Shown piece after piece: positions 1 through 11,090 of a stretch of 64,000 nt of DNA (position 1 is its first letter; every line of letters begins with the position of its first letter). Position numbers and translations under genes: made by a program. The notes beneath the pieces are model-generated. The model searched no databases, was not told where the DNA came from, and saw only the letters and a list, made by a program, of their open reading frames with translations. The stretch spans positions 132,928,001-132,992,000 of the forward strand of contig CM059432.1 of NCBI GenBank assembly GCA_030390025.1, written 5' to 3'. This DNA comes from Squalus acanthias (lineage: Eukaryota).

Positions 1-437
1 TGATCTTCTACCTCAACTCCACCTTCCCGCACTATCCCCATATCCCTTGATTCCCTTAGTTCCCAAAACTTTATCGACCGCTGTCTTGAATATACTTAAC
101 GACTGAGCATCCACAGCTCTCTGGGGTAGAGAATGCCAAAGATTCACAACCCTCTGAGTGAAGAAATTTCTCCTCATCTCGGTCCTAAATGGCCGACCTC
201 TTATCCTGAGACTGTGACCCTGTATTCTAGATTCCCCAGCCAGGGCAAACATCCTCCCTGCATCTACCCTGTCAAGCCCCTTAAGAATTTTATATGTTTC
301 AATTAGATCACCTCTCATTCTTCTAAACTCTAGAGAATACAGGCCTAGTCTACTCAATCTGTCCTAATAGGGCAATCCCCTCATCCCAGGAACCAGTCTG
401 GTGAACCTTCATTGCACTCCCTCTAAGGCAAGTATAT
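1..437 (-). mobile_element. CR1 LINE 3' fragment (ORF2 C-terminus)
   Basis: ORF 13..357 reads LGLYSLEFRRMRGDLIETYKIL...RNFFTQRVVNLW, the typical vertebrate CR1 ORF2 C-terminus; near-identical to the end of the 49291-51039 frame. Confidence 0.95.
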
Positions 438-755
438 TGTAAGTTTTGTATCTGACTCTTACTGAAAGGTCTTTCCTCTCAGGTATTTGTAAATCAGATT
501 ACAAATCTCTTGGTTTTCTTTATTTCCTCTTTTGGGTTCTTTCCTCAGATTAAAAAAACTCTGTTGGACACCTGACCACAAATGTCAAGATGGTTACCAA
601 AAAACAAAATCGTGGTTGGGAGGCAGGAGACTTGGTAGGAAAAATTTGGCAGCCTCTTGGAAATTCCAGGATGGTCAGAGGGCCCAGCAGCTTCCCTTTA
701 GTGGTATTGTACTGCTACAGTTTGTACATCTTGATAAATCGATTTCAACCACTAT

Positions 756-1602
756 GGGCTGGATTTTGAAGTTGGAGTCGGGTTGGGGTCGGGAATCACA
801 CATTCTGGCTTGTGAACCCGCCTCCATCGAGATGTGGCCAACCCACTGTATTTTCCCTTGATTGACCTTGTTGAGCCCGCCCAGTGGGCTCAGCAGGCCA
901 ATTAAGGGCCACCCGGCAACAGGTGACGTCACAGACTGACATTTCATCTGTTAAGAGCTTTTGACAGATGAAATATCAGCGTTTGACAGCTCTGTGAAGC
1001 TGTCAAACACTCACAATATGATTTCTAACTTCAGTCCTTCCTTTCAGGCTGAGTTAGAAATCATTCCACCACAGAAAACAGAAGGCTGCTGTTTTTGACA
1101 GAACCACGGCTTTCCTGCTTTCTGTGCCGGTGAGATTTCTAACTCCCGAGAACTGAAGGGCTGACACCTGCAGGAGGAAGTTAAGGTGAGTAAAACTTTT
1201 TCCAACACTTAGCACTTACCTTACACACTTACCTCTGCACACATGCACCCATCACTCACCTGCCCACCGGACATATCGACCCCTCCAACCCCTGCAGACC
1301 CACGGCCCGACCCAATAACTTGGAGTGGTTGCCACCTGTCGAGAAGCCCACACTTTCCTTTTTAAAATAGGGATTATGCAAAAAACTGCCTGTTAATTAC
1401 CTGTTAACAGGCAGTTAATTGTCACTAATCCCTTCCCACCTCGGGGAGTCGGGTCTCAGACCAGGTCGGGTACCCGCCACCAGAGAAACTGGCATGGAGG
1501 CGGGTTGGAGTCGGGATGGGGTCGGGACCCCCGAATCTGCAACTTTAACCCCCCCCCCCCCGCCTCCAAACCCGACTCCACGGGTCATTGAAAATCCAGC
1601 CC
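756..1602. mobile_element. PIF/Harbinger-type MITE, family A
   Basis: TIR GGGCTGGATTTT ... AAAATCCAGCCC with 3-bp TSD TAT (753-755, 1603-1605); internal sequence shared with 16240-16846 and 22510-23289. Confidence 0.9.
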
Positions 1603-1689
1603 TATATGTCTGACTGTAAATAGCTTCATTGCAAGTGCACACCAATCTACTTGCATGCAAGGGATAGAAAGAAAAACCACAAATGCTAA

Positions 1690-2832
1690 GAAAGACTTGC
1701 ATTTAATAGCACCTTTCACGTCCTCAGGCCATCCCAAAGTGCTTAACAGCCAATTAAGTACTTTTGAAGTATAGTCACTGTTGTAATGCAGGAAATGTGG
1801 CAGCCAATTTGTACACAGCAAGGTCCCACAAATAGCAATGTGATAATGACAAGATAATGGGGACAAAATTGGGTACCTTTGCACCTCCTGTTAGTGCCCC
1901 CGGGGGCGCTAATGGGGTGCAAATGGCTTTGCGACCGGGCGCGGTGCTGACATCGACTCCCTCCATATTCAGCGGGAGTTTTGCAGCGCTACAGCATTGT
2001 GCCCGATCTCCTTCTCCCAGAGATCGTGACGTCATCGCCGTGCGCATCGCCCCGGTAGCGCCCCGGGCCTGAAATTGACTTCTGCCCCCTGCAGCCTCGC
2101 CGGTCGAAAACACCGACAGCTACAGGAGGCGTGCATCGGGCGGCCGGCCGCTTCAGGGGCGATGATTAAAGGCGAGGTGGCCTAGGTAAGTAAAAAATAA
2201 ACTTACCTTTCTTGATCCCATTTTTTTCGCGGGTTCCTGCCCGCGATCGATCACTCTGCTTGAGTGCCGGGCTGATCGCGCGGGATTGCGGCTGCCTGGG
2301 TGGTCCAGGTAGGTACTTTTTCTATTGCAGAGCCTGCAGCGATGGCCCTTCCCTTTAAGGGAGGGAAGGAGCCTTTGAACTCTCCGCCCCGCCTGCTGCC
2401 GATTGCGCTCCAAGAAGGAAGTGGAGCTTGATTTAGCGCTCCACGTCCTTCTTAGAGCACAAAACCGAATTTTTTAGAAGTTTAGAAACATTAGCGCCTG
2501 GCGCTAATTTTCTCTCAACTTTTAAAATTTAGCATCCCAAACGGGGCTATAATGAATTTCTCCCCCAATCTGTTTTTAGTGATGTTGGTTGAGGGATAAC
2601 TATTGGCCAGGACACTGGGGAGAACTCTCCTGCTCTTCTTCGACGTCCACCTGAGAGAGCAGACGGGGCCCCGGTTTAACATCTCATCCAAAAGACAGCA
2701 CCTCTGACAGTGTTGCACTCCCTCAGTACTGCATTGGAATGTTGGCCTGGATTTTTGTTGCTGGAGTGGGGCTTAAACCCACAACCTTCTGACTCCGAGG
2801 CGTGAGTGCTACTCACTGATCCACAGCTGACA
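1690..2832 (-). mobile_element. tRNA-derived DeuSINE (SacSINE1-like), split by a MITE
   Basis: 1690-1858 and 2567-2832 are colinear with the uninterrupted copy at 52808-53270; tRNA-like head at the right end, L2-like tail at the left. Confidence 0.85.
1859..2566. mobile_element. Harbinger-type MITE, family B (GC/CpG-rich)
   Basis: Ends GGGGACAAAATT / AATTTCTCCCCC; TSD AAT confirmed by the empty site GATAATCTGT in the paralogous SINE at ~52971; related to 11091-11981. Confidence 0.88.
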
Positions 2833-3569
2833 TTCACTATCCAGAATCACATCATTGGAGGACGACCATTTGGCAAGGTATCTGCTGACTGCTTGTACCC
2901 TGGGGACCTTTGTCCTGCATGTGTTCCTGCCTTCAGGTAAGGCAATCAAGCCATGAACTCAACTTTAAATATACCAGTTACCAGTAATGTTACTCTCAAT
3001 TGAACTTTACATTGTGCAAGTGGAAAGAAAAACCATGTTATAAAGTATACTCTGCTGATCAGTTACTAGACAGATTTCCTTTTATGACATGCTTTTATTT
3101 CATGGCCTGGCAAAGGAATTTGATGGTTTTAAATCTGTGTGGGATTTGTTATCAAATTTTATGCGCTTGTCTAGAGGAAGATTAGGCTCCATAACTAGGA
3201 TAGGAAGCAAAGAGGCATCAATTGGCATATGTTATGTATTTAACAAGTGGCTCACTAGCCGCATATTGAAGGTGTTCAATGACTCTACATTGCATATATT
3301 TTCTATTTATAATTGTGAAAATAACAACTCCGATAGCATTTTTAGTTTTTAAATAAATAAAATTATGTTTGATATTCTGTGGGATGGAGCTGGACCTTTT
3401 GAAAAAGGCTAAGTTCTGGGTGACATCCAACCTGATGTTATCCTTCCCTTTCCAAGCAGTAGTGTTCATTCCGTATTGTGTGCTGACGCCTTTTGAAATG
3501 AGTTGATGTATCTTTTTTAAACTGGGAGGAAAATCACCTTAAAATTAATTTTCTTCTTTGTTTTCTCAC

Positions 3570-3790
3570 AGTTCCCCTCCAAGTCAGTGCTACTTTTTTT
3601 TTTAGCTGTCACAGGGTCAGAATCTCTACCTAACAGCACTGTGGGAGCACCATCATTGCAAGGACTGCAGTGGTTCAAGGAGAAGGCAACTACAGGTAGG
3701 CAAGAAATAGCTCCTTCAAAGAGCCTCCTTCGGTGCTGTTAAGATTCGATGAACTGTGGTCTTGCCCATTTTGCCCACATCCTGAGAACA
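3570..3790 (+). mobile_element. Decayed 3' end of CR1-group LINE family 2
   Basis: AGTTCCCCTCCAAGTCA...CCTAACAGCACTGTGGGAG...GGACTGCAGTGGTTCAAG resembles 7440-7620. Confidence 0.65.
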
Positions 3791-3906
3791 AATTTAAGTT
3801 ATAGCTGATTTTATTTTTCCCTACCAATTTTTATCCATCAATATTTTAATTTTATTTCTTGACGTGGAGCAAACAGTAGATATAATGAATTGTTCAGTAT
3901 AACTAT

Positions 3907-4663
3907 GGCCCGTAATTTCCGATAGGAGGCTTCCCGCGTGCGGAGGCCTCCTATCGGAAAAATGTCTACGCACTTTCCTGAGGCTCCCGAGGTCCGGACA
4001 CTTCCGCTCCTGGGCCTCTCCACAGTCGAAATGCGCAGGGCCCTCGTATCCCAGGGATGCAGGCGGTTCACAAGCGTCCCTGGGATCACGTGGGCCAGGC
4101 CAGCCAATAGGAGAAGGGAATCTCCCTTCATACGGTTGACAGATAGACCTGTCAAATATATGAATGGAGATCACCCCAAAAAGACAGCAAAACATTAAAT
4201 AATTTAAAAACAAACCATCACGTTTTTAAAATTAGTTAAAATTACATAAAATTTAATATTTTAAACAAAAATTTAATTTTCTGGAAAAAAAATTAAAGTT
4301 TTTTACGGGGCTAAAAATAAACTTAGCTTTTTTAAAAGTATTTTTAAATTATAAATGAGTGAAAAAAAATTATTTTTTTACTTTCTTCAACTCTTACGCT
4401 GGTAAAAGCAGGCCTTACTGCTTTTACCAGGCGTAAGATTTCTAAGGGTTTTCTGCGGGCGGAGGTTCTGCAGAAAGCGGAACTCTCCACCCGCAGAGGC
4501 CCTTCTCCAGGGCAGGCGTACGATCTGTCAAGAGCATTCTTGACAGATCGGAAATACCGGTTTTCAGCGCGTGCGCTTCACATGCCTGAAACTGGCATTT
4601 CCGATGTCCCTACGGGTGTGTACACACCTCGTACACACCCGTAGGGATCGGAATATACGGCCC
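3907..4663. mobile_element. Harbinger-type MITE, family C (multi-hairpin)
   Basis: 17-bp imperfect TIR GGCCCGTAATTTCCGAT / ATCGGAATATACGGCCC, TSD TAT; inverted copies at 12161-12920 and 28708-29380. Confidence 0.9.
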
Positions 4664-5281
4664 TATATATTTACACAACAGTTTTTACATGCTTCAGAAA
4701 TGGTGTTGATATGTAAATGAGCGTCGAGCTATTTGTTTATTTTAAAATCCAGTGATATTCAGCAGGTCTGAGAAATGGCGTTGTTGGGGTTACAAAGTGT
4801 ATTGATGGCAATGGAGAATTGCAGGATCAACCTCTTAAGAGCACAGCCCTGTGGAAGGACCGATGTCTGAGTCATGCACAAGGGCGCCGATTTGTGGGCT
4901 TCCATGGGAAAAATGAACGGAATTCAATCCCCAAAGCACCGGTAAAAATCCCGGAATTCCTTGTAATAAAAACGTAATTTGACTTTGTCAGGATAACTCT
5001 GTGGGCCTAATTGGAAACAGATGGAATTGTGGAGTACAATCGCTAAAACACTGGTTAAAAATCCCAGAATCCTTTGTTAAAATATCCTTATTTAGTCAAC
5101 GTTTGCAGAGGGCGTCTCATCCTCACAAAAACTGATTAACTTTAACATTTTTCCCCCCGTCTGCTTCTGTGGGTACTTCGAGAAACAATACATGGTGATC
5201 GCACAATTAGGGAACTGGCTATGGTACAGTTGCTGACTGTGTGTGACTACTGAATTAACCCAGGAGAACCTTAATGAACAG

Positions 5282-5439
5282 GGGTTTAAAATCCCTCCGC
5301 ATTATTTGAACACCGTTGTTAACTCATTTAAAATAAAAATAAATGGGTTAACAACGTTGTTGAAATAATGCACACAGGAAGTTGATGTAAATACATTAAC
5401 CAGTTTACTGATAAATAGCACACAGAGGAATTAAAACCC
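5282..5439. repeat. Small old MITE-like element with internal hairpin
   Basis: Hairpin arms 5299-5330 and 5340-5371 (29/32 complementary); outer imperfect IR GGGTTTAAAATCCCTC / GAGGAATTAAAACCC. Confidence 0.55.
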
Positions 5440-6735
5440 ATTAATATGGGATAGATTCAGAACAGATCTAGCTGCTCAAAACTGGGCATCCATGAGGCGC
5501 CGTGGGCCATCAGCAGCAGCAGAATTGTATTCCACCACAATCTGTAACCTCATGGCCCGGCATATCCCTCACTCTACCATCACCACCAAGCCAGGGGACC
5601 AACCCTGGTTCAACAACGAGTGTAGAAGAGCATGCCAGGAGCAGCACCAGGCGTACCTAAAAATGAGGTGCCAACCTGGGGAAGCTGCAACATGCATGCT
5701 AAAAAGCGGAAGCAGCATGCTATAGACAGGGCTAAACGATCTCACAATCAACGGATCAGATCAAAGCTCTGCAGTCCTGCCACATCCAGTCGTGAATGGT
5801 GGTGGACCATTAAACAACTAACGGGAGGAGGAGGCTCCAAGAATATCCCCATCCTCAATGATGCAAAAGACAAGGCTGAAGCGTTTGCAACCAACTTCAG
5901 CCAGAAGTGCCGAGTGGATGATCCATATCGGCCTACTCCTGAGGTCCCCACCATCACAGAAGCCATTCTTCAGCCAATTCGATTCACTCCACGTGATATG
6001 GGCCCCGACAACATCCCGGCTATCGTGCTGAAGACTTGTGCTCCAGAACTAGCCGCGCCTCTAGCCAAGCTGTTCCAGTACAGCTACAACACTGGCATCT
6101 ATCCGACAATGTGGAAAACCGCCCAGGTATGTCCTGTCCACAAAAAGCAGGACAAATCCAACTCGGCCAATTACCGCCCCATCAGTCTACTCTCAATCAT
6201 CAGCAAAGTGATGGAAGGGTCATCGACAGTGCTATCAAGCAGCATTTACTCACCAATAACCTGCTCACTGATGCCCAGTTTGGGTTCCGCCAAGACCACT
6301 CTGCTCCCGACCTCATTACAGCCTTGGTCCAAACATGGACAATGGAGCTGAATTCCAGAGGTGAGGTGAGAGTGACTGCCCTTGATATCAAGGCAGCATT
6401 TGACCGAGTGTGGCATCAAGGAGCCCTAGTAAAACTGAAGTCAATGGGAATCAGGGGGAAAACGCTCCACTGGCTGGAGTCATACCTAGCACAAAGGAAG
6501 ATGGTTGTGGTGGTTGAAGGTCAATCATCACAGCCCCAGGACATCGCTGCAGGAGTTCCTCAGGGCAGTGTCCTAGGCCCAACCATCTTCAGCTGCTTCA
6601 TCAATCACCTTCCCTCCAACATAAGGTCAGAAATGGGGATGTTCGCTGATGACTGCACAGTGTTCAGGCTTGGGCTGATAAGTGGCAGGTAACATTCGCT
6701 CCACAGAAGTACCAGGCAATGACTATCTCCAACAA

Positions 6736-6938
6736 TGATGTAGAGATGCCAGTGTTGGACTGGGGTGGACAAATGTGAGAAGTCGCACAACACCAGGTTA
6801 TAGTCCAACAGTTTTATTTGAAATCACAAGCTTTCGGAGCGCTGCTCCTTCACCTGACGAAGGAGCAGCGCTCCGAAAGCTTGTGATTTCAAATAAAACT
6901 GTTGGACTATAACCTGGTGTTGTGCGACTTCTCGCATT
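6736..6938. mobile_element. Fold-back Penelope-type terminal-repeat insertion inside the LINE
   Basis: 81-bp inverted arms (6771-6851, 6859-6939; 1 mismatch); 12-bp TSD TATCTCCAACAA; empty site visible in the copy at 46271-46295. Confidence 0.85.
6850..6886 (+). ncRNA. Minimal type I hammerhead ribozyme motif
   Basis: TCAC-CTGACGA-A-GGAGC-AGC-GCTCC-GAAA-GC-TT-GTGA: conserved core, stem II, palindromic stem III and stem I TCAC/GTGA. Confidence 0.75.
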
Positions 6939-8071
6939 TATCTCCAACAAGCGAGAGTCTAACCACCTCCCCTTGACATTCAATAGCATTACCATCGTCG
7001 AATCCCCCACTATCAACATCCTGGGGGTCACCATTAACCAGAAACTTAACTTAACTGGACCAGCAACAAGAGCATGTCAGAGGCTAGGTTTTCTGCGGCG
7101 AGTGTCTCACCTCCTGACTCCCCAAAGCCTTTCCACCATCTACAAGGCACAAGTAAGGAGTGTGATGGAATACTCTCCACTTGCCTGGATGAGTGCAGCT
7201 CCAACAACACTCAAGAAGCTCGACACCATCCAGGACAAAGCAGCCCGCTTGATTGGCACCCCATCCACCACCTTAAACATTCACTCCCTCCACCACCGGC
7301 GTACCGTGGCTGCAGTGTGTACCATCTACAAGATGCACTGCAGCAACTCACCAAGGCTTCTTCGGCAGCACCTCCCAAACCCGTGACCTCTTCCACCTAG
7401 AAGGACAAGGGCAGCAGGCGCATGGGAACACCACCACCTCCATGTTCCCCTCCAAGTCACACACCATCTGACTTAGAAGTATATCGCCAATCATTCATCG
7501 TCGCTGGGTCAAAATCCTGGAACTCCCTACCTATGAGCACTGTGGGAGTACCATCACCACACGGACTGCAGCGGTTCAAGAAGGCGGCTCACCACCACCT
7601 TCTCAAGGGCGACTAGGGATGGGCAATAAATACTGGCCTTGCCAGCGACGCCCAGATCCCATAAACAAATTAAAAAAAATAATTACCCATTAGCTTGTTA
7701 ATTCACTCCACTCAGTAGATCCTCCAGTAATCTCATCAGCATTTATTCCTTAAATGAGAATCTTCAAAATGTTACGATAATGTGCACAGCATTATCGCTC
7801 ACTCATAACCTGTTTAAAAAACTAGGACGTTGATCTTTTTTTTACAGTAGCTGTGAACCTGTTATAAATTTAGGTCAAACTTAAAATGTATTAAAACGTA
7901 GCATCATCCAAAAGACTTGTTTGAGAATGGTGATTCCAGGTACAAACTATTTCATCCAGACACTGCGCAGGATATGATGGTTCCTGTGCTGTTGGCACAT
8001 GAGGGGAGATGTTTGTTTGTTTGTCTGGAGTACAGCTGGCTGGGTTTGAATAGCGGAAATAAATAGTTTCT

Positions 8072-8372
8072 TTCATTCACAGGATGTGGGCATCGCTGGC
8101 AAGGCCAGCATTTATTGTCCATCCCTAATCGCCCTCGAGAAGGTGGTGGTGAGCCGCCTTCTTGAACCGCTGTAGTTCGTGTGGTGAAGGTACTCCCACA
8201 GTGCTGTTAGGGAGGGAGTTGCAGGATTTCGACCTGGCGACGATGAAGGAACGGCAATATACTTCCAAGTCAGGATGGTGCGTGACTTGGAGGGGAACTT
8301 GGAGGTGGTGGTGTTCCCATGCGCCTCCTGCCCTTTTCCTTCTAGGTGGCAGAGGTCGCTGGTTTGGGAGGT
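8072..8372 (-). mobile_element. CR1-group LINE family 2, 3' fragment
   Basis: Reverse complement of 7370-7670. Confidence 0.9.
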
Positions 8373-9064
8373 ATGAGGATGGATGAAGCGTTTTGCTTGA
8401 TTACCATTAGGAATCAGAGTTTTTCAGTATAACTTTACCTGAGGAGATCAAATGGGTGTGGTACAGTCCGAAACTTGGGTAAATGGTGCATGGGTTTGAT
8501 GGGCTGAATGGCTTTTTTTGTATTCCATGCTTTCTTATGATCTTGTCATACCAGAGTTGATAAGCAAGATCTATTGAGATATTTGTATGTATCCTGAAGT
8601 ACCTGTAACAGTCCTTGCTGAAATGATCAGTACACAGCGATTGTAGTTAAAGTCGAACTCCATAATGAACAATAATTGCACAACATTGCCAACCTTGCAG
8701 GCTTACCTGCTACTACACAGTATAAGTGAACCGCATATGTGCTATGAAGCTGACACTCTGACAGGCTGAATGTTCTTCCATTTGGCTCAATAAAATAGTT
8801 AAATAATGATGTGCTGTACAGGACACAGATGGATAATGTAACATCATATAACCCAGGGACTGCGCATTATGCATTTACACCACATTTCAAATCACAAAAG
8901 CAGATTTGTGATGTGCAGATGAGCTTCATGTTATTCCCATTATTGACCACCACGTGGAAACAATAAGAAAAAACACCCTGCAAATCTGAGCTAAAAGCAG
9001 AAGATGTCAGAAGTTCCGTCAGGTAAGGTCACCAGCACTTGCCGTTTACCCAGAAATCCTGCAC

Positions 9065-9209
9065 GATCTATGGCCTAGAAATTAATCTCGGGCGTATCGG
9101 ATCGACCGCCCGTTATTCAGTACTATCAGGCGCAGCGTATGCGCGGTGTGTGGCGGCCGATCCGATACCGCCCATTTTGCGCCCGAGATGAATTTCTAGG
9201 TCATAGGTC
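9065..9209. repeat. Short fold-back Harbinger-like MITE remnant
   Basis: GGCCTAGAAATTAATCTCGGGCG (9072) vs CGCCCGAGATGAATTTCTAGGTC (to 9202), 21/23 complementary; second internal IR GTATCGGATCGACCGCC / GGCGGCCGATCCGATAC. Confidence 0.7.
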
Positions 9210-11090
9210 GGGACACAATGATCGAATAAGTCAAGTGCCGTTTTTGTCATATGGAATTTTGGGATTTTTACCAGAGTCCTCAGGCTCGCACTCCGCCATT
9301 CTGTCCATTTTTCTGTGAAAACCACAGGACATTGGCCTTAGTTCCAGGCTAAAGTAGTCGAAGAAAATTGATTTCTTTCTTCAATTACAGAATTTTTGAA
9401 TTAATTATAACTCTGAACTCCAGGGAAATAATTTCAGGATTCCTGAGTGGCCACCTTGAATATAATTCTTCCAAGCGGCACTCATATCTTTGACTTGTGA
9501 CTGAACATTGTAAATCCCTACCTCCAGACTTGGTGTAATCATTCCAGAAATGCGGAGATCAGTACAAGGTGGAACTCCACCAGATATTCTACAATAGCCC
9601 CAACGTTCTTTTCTATAATGTAGATCTGGTACTTCTCCTGCTGACCTGACTGAGTGACTAAGTAAATTTGCAAAGCTTCCTGTGAACCCAGGGAGTTCCT
9701 TGGGATTGCTGCATAGCTCCTCATCTCCGGCGCTGACAAAGGCTAAAGAGAGAAATCTAGTCAGGGGAATGAAGAAATAAAAGAATTAGAGGATTGTTGA
9801 AAAAAGAGAGAATCACAAAGAGGGAGGGAGAGGCTGGGACAGCTGCTGAATGTGTAATTGTGGTATTTCTTGTACAACATTTTACCTATCTGCTTTAGAA
9901 CGCCGGTGTAGAAGATTGTGCTTTTTAAAAATTTGTTCGTGATACCAACAGGAAGGGAAAAAGAGCTGGTCAAAAAAAAACAATGCCCGAGAACTCCTTT
10001 GTAGCAACAGTGCTGTGTTTAGGGGGCAGTGGCCATGTTTTGTTTGACCGTCAGTGCCTTGGCTCTCAGCTCCTGCTGCTGAGCACCGTGAGTGGAAAGC
10101 AAGGGAATTTGCACTTTCAACTTTCAAACTCCCCTCCCCCCCCCCCCCCCCCCCCCCCAACCGATAGGTGGGATTCAAATAAATCAGATGAAATAAAATT
10201 GCCAGGTTGATGATAGCAATCGGGAGCCAAAATGATACATTTACTAATAAAAAAAGGGAAGGGTGGCAGGGGGGGGGAAAGTGCTGTCTGTCACTGGCAA
10301 AATTTCACCTGTATTAATAAGCCATTCTCTTTGAGAATACCTTGGGCCTTCCACCTTCTGTTTAACAGTTCACTATAATTCATATGTTGCGGGATTTTAA
10401 TATCCGGCATTTCAAACCACTTCACTGACTCACCTTGCCTTGCATTCTTCAGCTGTGTGACAATAAAGAATGGTCAGGCTTGACTCTATGAAAATTGCAG
10501 ACCATTTGCAGCTGCTCGTTGCCACGGAGAGTGACTAATATGAAGCCCTAAAGGAATTTCCAAGGTATCACTCTGCAGAAACTGTCTGTATGAGAAAAGC
10601 TAGATCATTTTATCACAGTAGGCATACTGAAATGTTTGTTTTAATAAAATGTCATATTTCTACTCTTTTTAATCATTCATGTCAACTCTGTCTTAACCCT
10701 CTAAGGTCTTTCAGCAGCAATATCGTACTTCATCCAAAAGGTATTGGGGAAGTTGGAAATCTTTAGCTTGTTCTCGCAACACTACGGAGAGGGAGATGAT
10801 CTATGTGTCTGTTGTGTTCTTCCTCCTCATTGTATTTGGAGTATTCAGCAATGAAGTCCAGCAGAATCCAAGCAGTCATATGGGTAGGTAATAGCATAAT
10901 GTTAGAAGTTACTTTTGAGAGCTAGTTTTCTTCTTGTTCTTGCCGATATGCATGATTATTTTACTTTTCAAGGTGCGTGAAGGGTCTGCGGATCATTCAC
11001 CCACACATTTCCCCCCACTCATCATGAATTGCTTACGCCTTTCCCCCGTACAAATTACATTAAAAAAAATTAAAGTAATTCGAAGAAAAA

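Larger units (their letters stand above)
5444..7684 (+). mobile_element. 5'-truncated CR1-group LINE family 2 (frameshifted RT)
   Basis: RT motifs NYRPISLLS, LDIKAAFDRVWH, GVPQGSVLGP and MFADD spread over ORFs 5632, 6036 and 6922; A-rich tail; candidate 8-bp TSD ACCCATTA (5436-5443, 7685-7692). Confidence 0.93.

Noticed and set aside
2845-2936. AG...CAG|GTAAGG exon candidate
   Set aside because: Weak acceptor abutting a SINE end; no recognisable protein in either open frame
10767-10890. Signal-peptide-like frame MIYVSVVFFLLIVFGVFS on the plus strand
   Set aside because: Short, weak splice context, no partner exons, and T-rich DNA readily gives hydrophobic peptides
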